23,957 nt of DNA from an uncultured delta proteobacterium (lineage in GTDB: Bacteria; Myxococcota_A; Polyangia; Polyangiales; Polyangiaceae). This document shows positions 17,063 through 23,957 of this stretch, piece after piece. The position numbers were made by a program, and so were the translations under genes. Location of the stretch: positions 1 to 23,957 of the forward strand of contig CAVQUB010000023.1 of assembly GCA_963716725.1 (NCBI GenBank), read 5' to 3'. Below the pieces are notes generated by a model that was not told the origin of the DNA, made no database searches, and saw only the letters and a list, made by a program, of their open reading frames with translations. Numbering within the stretch: the stretch's first letter is position 1; every line of letters starts with the position of its first letter.

Positions 17063-17326
17063 ATGACCGGAGCACAAATGTTGATCGAGCAGGGCCGAGC
17101 CGAGGGCCTGGAGAAGGGCAGAGCCGAGGGCAAGGCCGAGGGCAAGGCCGAGGGCAAGGCCGAGGGCAAGGCCGAGCTCCTGCTTCGCCTCATGCGGCGG
17201 AAGTACGGAAAGCTGCCTGCGGGGGTGAGCAAGCGCCTGCGCGGCGCAGCAGGCGACGACCTGGGCCGCTGGGCCGAGCGCGTGATGACGGCGGCGACCC
17301 TCGACGAAGTGTTCGAAGGTCGCTAG
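17063..17326 (+). CDS. Orphan Rpn C-terminal protein (RpnS/DUF4351-like), 87 aa
   Basis: As 15812-16051 but with four gccgagggcaag (AEGK) units; same AAGGAGG SD. Confidence 0.75.
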   Translation: MTGAQMLIEQGRAEGLEKGRAEGKAEGKAEGKAEGKAELLLRLMRRKYGKLPAGVSKRLRGAAGDDLGRWAERVMTAATLDEVFEGR

Positions 17327-17354
17327 CCGGTGTCTGCCGCTCCGCGGCCTGCGC

Positions 17355-17378
17355 GCGAGAGCGAGGGCGAGAGCGAGG
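17355..17378 (+). repeat. (GAGAGC/GAGGGC)n tract, about 4 units
   Basis: Read directly from the sequence. Confidence 0.85.
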
Positions 17379-17490
17379 ACACCTGGCTGTCGCGTGGGTT
17401 TGGGGGTCGGGGTGGCGATCGCCGGTGGCGGAACCGGGCCTCGCCACCCCGGGGGCCGACCGACTCCAGCAGGAAGACCACCATTCCCAC

Positions 17491-17507
17491 TCGGCACGCG
17501 GATTGCG
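17491..17507 (+). promoter_or_regulatory. sigma54-like -24/-12 element
   Basis: TCGGCACGCGGATTGCG fits GG-N10-GC. It is very close to the ATG, so it would require the GTG at 17520 as start. Confidence 0.3.
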
Positions 17508-18494
17508 ATGCCCCCGCCAGTGCAACCGCACGACCGTCTCTTCCGCGCCGTCTTCTCCGAGCCGGAGCACGCGGTGGGTCTGCTGCGCGCGGCGCTGCCG
17601 CCGGCCCTGGCGCAGCAGATCGACTGGGCCACGCTCAGTCCGCTGCGCGCTGGCCTCGTCGACTCGGCGCTCCAAGCGCGCTACGCGGACGTGCTGTTCA
17701 GCGTTCAGCTCGCCGGTCGCCCGGCGATCTTGCACCTCCTGGTCGAGCACCAGAGCACCCCGGACCGGCTGATGCCCCTGCGCCTGCTGGGCTACATGCT
17801 GCGGATCTGGGAGAGGCTCCTCCGGTCCAAGTCGGCCGAGCTGCCGCTGCCGGCGATCATTGCCATCGTCTGCCACCACGGCGAGAAGGGCTGGACCGTT
17901 GCGCGCGCGCTTCGTGAGCTGCTTGCTCTACCACGCGGCGAATTCCCGGAGCTCGAGCCCCACGTGCCGAGCTTCGAGCCCATCATCGTGGACTTGTCGA
18001 AGGCCGCTGACGACGCGCTACGCGCGGAGCTGCTCAGCGCGCTGGGGCTCGCGGCGCTGGTGTGTCTGACGCGAGTGCGCGGGTCCAAAGACGTGCTCGG
18101 GGTCCTGTGGCGCTTCCGGGACGCCTTCGCGGCGGTGCTCCAGGCGCCGACGGGGGTCGGTGCGCTGGCGCTGATCGTCAGCTATATTCTACAGGCCACG
18201 GAGGCACCCCCCGAGCGCCTCCGGCCCTTTTTCGACCAGCTCGGGGAACGGGCCAAGGAGGCCTTCATGACCGGAGCACAAATGTTGATCGAGCAGGGCC
18301 GAGCCGAGGGCCTGGAGAAGGGCAGAGCCGAGGGCAAGGCCGAGCTCCTGCTTCGCCTCATGCGGCGGAAGTACGGAAAGCTGCCTGCGGGGGTGAGCAA
18401 GCGCCTGCGCGGCGCGGCAGGCGACGACCTGGGCCGCTGGGCCGAGCGCGTGATGACGGCGGCGACCCTCGACGAAGTGTTCGAAGGTCGCTAG
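17508..18494 (+). CDS. Rpn family (YhgA-like, PD-(D/E)XK) protein with internal RpnS start at 18267
   Basis: PHDRLFRAVF, ADVLF, LLVEHQS.PD.LM.LRLL.Y; internal SD plus MTGAQMLIEQG; EG-rich and DUF4351-like tail. Confidence 0.9.
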   Translation: MPPPVQPHDRLFRAVFSEPEHAVGLLRAALPPALAQQIDWATLSPLRAGLVDSALQARYADVLFSVQLAGRPAILHLLVEHQSTPDRLMPLRLLGYMLRIWERLLRSKSAELPLPAIIAIVCHHGEKGWTVARALRELLALPRGEFPELEPHVPSFEPIIVDLSKAADDALRAELLSALGLAALVCLTRVRGSKDVLGVLWRFRDAFAAVLQAPTGVGALALIVSYILQATEAPPERLRPFFDQLGERAKEAFMTGAQMLIEQGRAEGLEKGRAEGKAELLLRLMRRKYGKLPAGVSKRLRGAAGDDLGRWAERVMTAATLDEVFEGR

Positions 18495-18598
18495 CCGGTG
18501 TCTGCCGCTCCGCGGCCTGCGCGCGAGCCTGGACCCCGGCTGCGCGCGGCGGGTGCTCCTCCGGAGTCGGACTTTCTCCGACGAAGGAGAGTGAGAAC

Positions 18599-18946
18599 AT
18601 GTTGCAGATCTACCCCGTCATCCTCGAGGCGCTGCGTGAGCTCCAAGGGGTCGTTGCCGTGCTCGCGCGGCGGGACCCGGACCTGACACGACAGCTGCGG
18701 CGCTGCTCGAGCAGCGTCGCGCTCAACGTCGCAGAAGGCATGTACTCGCGCGGGAAGAACCGCGCGGCGAGCTACCACACCGCGCTCGGCTCGGCCCGCG
18801 AGGTGCTCGCATGCCCCTCGCCAGGGACTTCCAAGGGTCGCCTCGAGGTCGCAGGCGCCCTCGGGTACGTTGCGGAGCTCGATCCCGCGCTCGTCGCGAA
18901 GCTCAATCGCATCATCGGAACGCTCGTGCGCTTGGTCGGCGCGTGA
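18599..18946 (+). CDS. Four-helix-bundle protein (23S rRNA IVS protein / Avd-like)
   Basis: D.DL.RQLRR...SVALNVAEG...Y..ALGSARE; AAGGAG SD; carries an apparent 9-aa insert. Confidence 0.85.
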   Translation: MLQIYPVILEALRELQGVVAVLARRDPDLTRQLRRCSSSVALNVAEGMYSRGKNRAASYHTALGSAREVLACPSPGTSKGRLEVAGALGYVAELDPALVAKLNRIIGTLVRLVGA

Positions 18947-19022
18947 GGGCGAGGGAGAGGGCGTAGGGAGGACCCGAGACCTCAGCTCGGCCCGCCCTGG
19001 CATTTGCCGCTCGCGCCGGCGC
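18945..19022. repeat. Hexamer tract plus 62-bp diverged copy of the 3' end of the FG-GAP gene
   Basis: 18961-19022 versus 19418-19479, 56/62 identical; both are preceded by hexamer tracts (18945-18962; 19398-19419). Confidence 0.85.
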
Positions 19023-19078
19023 AGTCCGCGCCGATGATGACAAGGGACGAGCACTGCGGCGTGCGCTATAGTCCTGGC

Positions 19079-19294
19079 ATGCGGAACGAGTTCACCGCCA
19101 TCATCGAGCGCGATGGCGACCTGTACATTGCGTACTGCCCCGAAGTGCCGGGGGCGAATGGCCAGGGCCAGTCCAAGGCCGAAGTGCTGGAGAACTTGTC
19201 TGCGGCCATCTCGCTCATTCTTGAAGACCGGCGTGACGACGCGCTGCGGGGGCTCCCCGTCGACGCCCAGAAGGAAACCGTGGTCGTCGGGTGA
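19079..19294 (+). CDS. hicB: HicB family antitoxin
   Basis: FTAIIERDGD.YIAYCPEVPGANGQG.S..E..ENL..AI; TATAGT -10 lies 6 nt before the ATG (leaderless). Confidence 0.85.
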   Translation: MRNEFTAIIERDGDLYIAYCPEVPGANGQGQSKAEVLENLSAAISLILEDRRDDALRGLPVDAQKETVVVG

Positions 19295-19350
19295 AGCGGA
19301 CCGCGTTCTTGCGCCATCTCCGCCGCCACGGTTGCCATCTGAAAGGCTGA
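19291..19350 (+). pseudogene. hicA: HicA toxin N-terminal remnant (MKRTAFLRHLRRHGCHLKG*)
   Basis: GTGA overlap with hicB; typical HicA start that stops before the G.xH catalytic motif. Confidence 0.75.
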
Positions 19351-19438
19351 CCCTGTCGTCCAACGTGGCCGTGCTCGTGCCGAACGCCGGCCGGGTTGGG
19401 CGAGAGCGAGGGCGAGCGCGTAGGGAGAACCCGAGCCC

Positions 19439-21810
19439 TCAGCTCGGGCCGCCCTGGCACTTGCCGTTTGCGCCGGCGCTCTTGTTGTTGTCGGTGCGGC
19501 ACTCGACCCACGAGTGGGCCGGTGATCCGTCATCGACCACGGCGAAGAGCGGAGTCGCGCCGCTCTTGACGTTCGCGGGCGCGTTCGGGAGATCGAGCAC
19601 CACGTCCTCGGCTTCTGCCGGGTAGAGCGCCTTCGATGTGAACGCGGTCCCGAGCAAGGTCCCGCCGCTCGCGGGGTCGCCGGCGTAGAAGCCGACGGTC
19701 ACCTTGGCGGGCACGCTGGCCTGCCCGATGTTGCGCACCCGCGCCACCACGGCGTAGGTCCCCACGCAGCGGGGGAACACGCTCACGATCAGAATCTGGC
19801 GCCGAGAACTCCCCCAGCGGCTGCACGTTCTGGCGGAAGTTGTTGAGCCGCGGCTGGGTCCAGTTGGGCAGCTCGTTCTTCGGGATGGTGCCGTCCTCGT
19901 CCACGTTGGTCACGTGATACGCATGCTGGTTCCACACGCGCCGCGTGCGCACCCACTTGCCCTGGTCGTCGCCGAACACGCGCAGCCCGCGCTGCTTCGA
20001 GTTGTCCTTCGGGCACACGATGCTCGAATACGAGTTCGACACGACCACGATGTCCGCGTTGCCGTCGTTGTCCACGTCGGCGACCAGCGGATACTCGACC
20101 AGCGTGCCCGTGGTGTTGCAGGTCGACCACAGCACGCTGCCGTCGGTGCCCTTGTAGATGCGGAAGTACTGCTCGTCGGAGTAGACGACCTCCGGCGTGC
20201 CGTCGCCCTCGAAGTCGAACAGGCTCGATCCCGTCGCCGCGCTCGAGCAGTCCTGGGTCTTCGTGAGCCAGAGCAAGGTCTGGTTGGCAGGCACGGCCGC
20301 GTTCAGCACCTTCGAGCCGTCGATGACGGCGTAGCCGATGCCGCCCGCCACTGCGACGTCGGGAACCTGGTCGCCGTTGAAGTCGGCGATGGTGGGCGGG
20401 CCGCCGCCGGTGGTGTTGCCCGAGCTGCCGACCGGGACAGGTGTTCGGCAAAGGTGCCGTTGATGTCGATGCCGGTGCGCAGCACCTTGACCTTGTTGGT
20501 CGCGGTCGCGTCGTAGCGCCACACGCTCAGCTGGTGGTTCGGCTTGTTGATGCTCGCGACCTCCGGCGTGCCGTCCTTGTCGAAGTCGCCCACGGCCACG
20601 TAGGTGCCCGCCAGCCCCGAGTCGGCCAGCAGCGTCCCGTCGATGCCCTTGTGGATGCGGGTCGGCGTGACGATGTCGAGCTTGCCGTCGCCGTCCATGT
20701 CCGAGAGCACGAAGTTGCCCGGGCCCGCCGGCGTCAGCGGGTACTTCAGCGCTCCCGTCGCGCCGTTCAAGACGCCGCCGTCCACCACGACCTCGGGCAG
20801 CCCGTCGCCGTCGAGATCGCCGAGGCTCGGCATGACGCAGGCGGCAGTGGGGCTGGTCCAGAGCTCGCTGCCGTCGGCCTTGTACGCGCGCACCTTGCTG
20901 GTCGTCGCGCACACGACGATCTCGTTGCCCGCCACGCCGTCGATGTTGCCGCCCGCGATGGACCGGCCCGGATGGATCGGATCGACGCTCGGGATTCTTC
21001 GACCACTTCTCGACCAGCTTGCCGTCGACGAGCGACACGACGCGGAGCGTGCCGTTCTCGTTGTATTTCCCGGCCTCGAAGGTCGAAAACACGATCTCCG
21101 GGATGTCCCGCTCGTCGACCTTGGAGTCGCAGTTGTCGTCGTCGAGCTGCACGACGATGGGCGACATCATGATGTCGCCTTTGTCCCAGTGCGCCTTCAG
21201 CTTCGGATCGAAGGCGGCGGGCGTGGGCTTGTACTCGCACTTGGCGAGACAGGTGAGCGGCTCGCCCGGCTTCGGCTCGGCGCCGGGTGCGCACTCCGGC
21301 GGCTTCGGCAAGCACTTGCCCGTCGCGAGCGACGCGCCGCCCTGACAGCTCGGGCCGCCGTCGGCGCCGGCGTCGCTTCCGCCGTCGGGACCTGTCGCCG
21401 GCTCCCCGAGTGAGTACTCGCAGTACTCGCCGGCTCGCGCAATCTCCCGCATCGACGCACATCTTCCCAGGCGTGACGCATTTCTCGAAGGAGCACACGT
21501 CGCCCGTCCCGCAGCACACGCTTCGCGCAGGCCTGCGTCGCGGCGCAGCATGCGCCGTCGATGCACACGCCGCCGTCGCAGCCGCCCGAGCACCCGCCGC
21601 CATCGGTGACGATGCCGCCGCCGGTGCCGCCGCCCCCCGTCGCGCTCGCTCGCCGGCCGCGCCGCCGCTGCCCGCGGAGGCGTCTGCGCCGCCACTGCCT
21701 CCCGTGTTGCTCGCTTTGCCGCCGCCTTCGTCGTCGGAGCCGCAGGCGGCGAAGAGGACCAGGGCGGAGAGGCAGAGGGTAGAAGGAAGATGCCAAGGCC
21801 GGAGGCGCAT
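19439..21810 (-). CDS. FG-GAP/VCBS-repeat lipoprotein with Cys-rich N-region and CARDB-like C-terminus; at least seven apparent frameshifts
   Basis: Lipobox LFAA-C; repeats GDLDGDGLPEV, DMDGDGKLDI, GDFDKDGTPEV, ADFNGD, FDFEGDG.PEV, ADVDNDGNADI; WNQHAYHVTNV; VRNIG...V.VGFY.G...VECRTDNN. Spread over five ORFs. Confidence 0.85.
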
Positions 21811-22048
21811 GGGCGGAGTTTAGCGTGGATCTGCGGCCGACGGGGTGGGCGCGCCGCCGCCTGGGCGTGCTTCCGGCTACCCGGCACGCCCCCACGTCAT
21901 GCCGTTCCACCGCGACCAGCGCGCCGCGGCCTGACGGCGATCGCCCCCGCAGAAGATATCCCGCAGCTACCCCGGAGGCTCTTGCGTCGCGAGCACCGAT
22001 CCGTGGATCGAGGGCGGCGGCCACCCCGAGCAAAACCGTCGACGGAAC

Positions 22049-22213
22049 TTAGGACGCGGGTCCGCCGTCGATCTGGTCGTCGCCGTCACCCCCACCGTGA
22101 GTCAGGTCGCGCAGCGTCCCGAGCTTCACGAGTCGTGGAGTTTCATAAGTTCTCTCGGGCGCCTCCGGAAGCTCCGGAGCGACGGGTTCCATGGGCTTAT
22201 GCCCGCTCGACAT
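22049..22213 (-). CDS. Lasso peptide precursor (54 aa; not in the ORF track)
   Basis: MSSGHKPMEPVAPELPEAPERTYETPRLVKLGTLRDLTH-GGGDGDDQIDGGPAS*: YxxPxLxxxG leader, Thr at -2, Gly1 core, Asp at core position 7. GGGAG SD; overlaps the cyclase stop. Confidence 0.85.
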   Translation of the reverse strand: MSSGHKPMEPVAPELPEAPERTYETPRLVKLGTLRDLTHGGGDGDDQIDGGPAS

Positions 22214-23906
22214 GGCTAGACTCCCTTTGCTCGATACGACAGGTGCGCACGGCCCGAATGATATTCAAGAGTGCCCGGAGGCGCAACGCATCCTGGGCAT
22301 CCAGCGAAATTGGCGGGTGCTCCAGCCAGTCTTCCCGAACTATTCCAGCGAGTTCCTCGGGCAATCGGTCGGTCCAGGGGAGCCGGACCGGCGGGTCCTG
22401 CCAACGAAGTTTTTGAACATCGAAGAGGTGGTCTGGCGCAATTCCGCGCACGGCAGCCCTGACCAGTCGCTTCGGGTGTCTCCCCGTCAGCTCCGTCGGG
22501 TCGCAGCGGTAGGCCAGCTCCAGAACATCGCGGTTGAAAAAGGGGAAGTACCGACGGACTCCGAGCGCGCTACAGACCTCCCAGTTCTGAACTGTCGCAG
22601 CCGCGCTGTGGCGGACACGATGCGAGAGATACGGCCGCTCGCTGCGATCACTTGAAAACGCAGCCTGTTCCTGGCGCGCGTTCTCCAGATACGCTGCCCC
22701 GAGCGCTGGAGCTAGGAAGCTCGGCGGGGCGAGGCTGCTCTTCAGTCCGCTCCTGTGCAGGATGCGGCGCGCCCGTACTCGAGCCCAGTAGCCGATCGCG
22801 GCCGTTCGCGAAAACGCAGCTGGAAACCGCCGAGCGGCGGCCGCGAAGGACGCGGAGGAGGCCCAGTCCGCCAGAGCGGGCCCACCGCCCAGGTGCTCAT
22901 CGCAGCCTTCTCCACCGAACATGCAAAGCAACTTGGTCTCCGCAGCTATGGTGGGAAGCACGCACAGTGCAGGGTGCACGACGGGCCAAACGACCCGCGG
23001 CGCGTCGCGCAGATACTCCAAGCGCGCCTCGGGACTCAGCTCGCGCTCCCACCTGCGCCGGACCCGCGAACCGAGATCGCCGAAGATGCTGTCAACCTGC
23101 GATTTCATTTCGAGGAGCTCGGGTCCGCCGCGAGGGGCGAGGGTCAGCGTGGAAAATTCCCGGCCGAGCGCGTCACCCGCCGCCCAAGCCAGGACGGAGG
23201 AGTCGAAGCCGCCGCTCAAAGTCAGGAGATTCTGACCTGTCTTGTCCAGGGAGCGGCCCAACCCGTCCAGGAGCATCGATCGGAGCTCGGCGGCGTGTTC
23301 CGCGAAGCTTGCTCCAGCGGGCAGTTCCCTCTGCGGGGGATGCCACCATTTTCGGCTCGAAACCCGCGGCCCGAGGTCCACCGAAGCGAGGCTCCGGTAC
23401 TCGAGCAGGGAGACGGCTTCCGAGGGGCGTCCGTTCGCTGGCGGCAGTGAAGGCGAACCGGATGCAGAATTGCGATTGCGAGGGGGTCGAGGCGGGGTTC
23501 CTCCGGCAGGTAGCGCGTGAGGTCGGTGAGACGATCGCAACCCCGAGGGCAGTCCTTCCGCGCCACACGAGTAGCGGGGCCGTCCCCGCGGCGGATTGCA
23601 CGAAGCATGCCTCGGTCTGACTTGGGGAAGCACGCATAAGGTGAAGTCGCCCGGCAGCGCTCGCAGTGAGTTGTCCCGCACGCCGTTGCGCGAGCTCCTC
23701 GCACTCCACGCCGGCGAGCCGCTCACCACCTTCAACAAATGAACGGTTGTCCCGTCGATCCAAGGGGGAGAGTTCCGAATGCGCAACGACCCAGCCGGAG
23801 TTGTGCCTGGGCGTCCCACCCAGTCGAACTGCCGCGAGGTGAGCAGGTCCAATTCCAAGGCTTGTAGGCCGCGGGGGTCCTCCGAACAAAACGCGATGAA
23901 CTTCAT
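22197..23906 (-). CDS. Asparagine-synthase-like lasso peptide cyclase
   Basis: PP-loop LSGGFDSS, GGEGCDE, YFPFFNRDVLELA, PKRLVRAA; no N-terminal Cys of a glutaminase domain; adjacent precursor. Confidence 0.8.
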   Translation of the reverse strand: MKFIAFCSEDPRGLQALELDLLTSRQFDWVGRPGTTPAGSLRIRNSPPWIDGTTVHLLKVVSGSPAWSARSSRNGVRDNSLRALPGDFTLCVLPQVRPRHASCNPPRGRPRYSCGAEGLPSGLRSSHRPHALPAGGTPPRPPRNRNSASGSPSLPPANGRPSEAVSLLEYRSLASVDLGPRVSSRKWWHPPQRELPAGASFAEHAAELRSMLLDGLGRSLDKTGQNLLTLSGGFDSSVLAWAAGDALGREFSTLTLAPRGGPELLEMKSQVDSIFGDLGSRVRRRWERELSPEARLEYLRDAPRVVWPVVHPALCVLPTIAAETKLLCMFGGEGCDEHLGGGPALADWASSASFAAAARRFPAAFSRTAAIGYWARVRARRILHRSGLKSSLAPPSFLAPALGAAYLENARQEQAAFSSDRSERPYLSHRVRHSAAATVQNWEVCSALGVRRYFPFFNRDVLELAYRCDPTELTGRHPKRLVRAAVRGIAPDHLFDVQKLRWQDPPVRLPWTDRLPEELAGIVREDWLEHPPISLDAQDALRLRALLNIIRAVRTCRIEQRESSHVERA

Positions 23907-23957
23907 TGTGGCTCGAGCAACTCGCGCAGCATCACCGCGGAGCGCGTATCGAGGTCG
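23903..23957 (-). CDS. 3' end of an upstream gene translationally coupled to the cyclase (partial; ...DLDTRSAVMLRELLEPQ*)
   Basis: Its TGA overlaps the cyclase ATG (ATGA); runs off the window. Confidence 0.55.
   Translation of the reverse strand, partial: DLDTRSAVMLRELLEPQ

Noticed and set aside
18599..18946. Diversity-generating retroelement suggested by an Avd-like protein and near-identical repeats
   Set aside because: No reverse transcriptase in the window, and repeat differences are not adenine-specific.
9541..19419. CRISPR array or integron attC array
   Set aside because: Repeats are hexamer microsatellites with gene-sized, irregular spacing; no cas genes, integrase or clear attC core sites seen.
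19439..21810. FG-GAP gene as several separate genes or a phase-variable gene
   Set aside because: The segments join into one coherent lipoprotein; the indels are scattered, not at one slippage tract, consistent with low-quality consensus.
22197..23906. Ordinary asparagine synthetase B
   Set aside because: Lacks the N-terminal catalytic Cys and overlaps a lasso precursor.
23903..23957. Calling the partial upstream gene an HPr-like kinase or B2 peptidase
   Set aside because: Only 17 residues visible; not enough to assign.

Overview
High-GC (roughly 70%) window, most consistent with a myxobacterium (Polyangiales-like lipoproteins, DUF222-type and four-helix-bundle genes); the taxon is inferred from protein style, not a search. 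A few core-looking genes (CBS protein, nucleotide-sugar dehydrogenase, CehA/McbA-type metallohydrolase lipoprotein, FG-GAP/CARDB lipoprotein) are separated by three accessory blocks (about 0.9-2.3, 3.7-9.6 and 12.3-19.4 kb). These blocks hold toxin-antitoxin/defence genes (nucleotidyltransferase, RelE, Fic, AAA+nuclease, DUF1778-GNAT, mobile mystery A/B, Uma2, DUF433, Rpn, HicB) and gene fragments, and the last two are punctuated by 12 tracts of a (GAGGGC)n hexamer. Highlights: (1) an unannotated 54-aa lasso-peptide precursor (22049-22213, below the ORF-track cutoff) overlapping an asparagine-synthase-like lasso cyclase; (2) two orphan copies of the Rpn internal-antitoxin segment, each bracketed by hexamer tracts; (3) an internally replaced IS630 element carrying a GxxExxY gene with its own inverted repeats, inserted in a fic fragment; (4) several TA modules with the toxin deleted. 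Clustered single-base frameshifts in three genes are probably sequencing errors.
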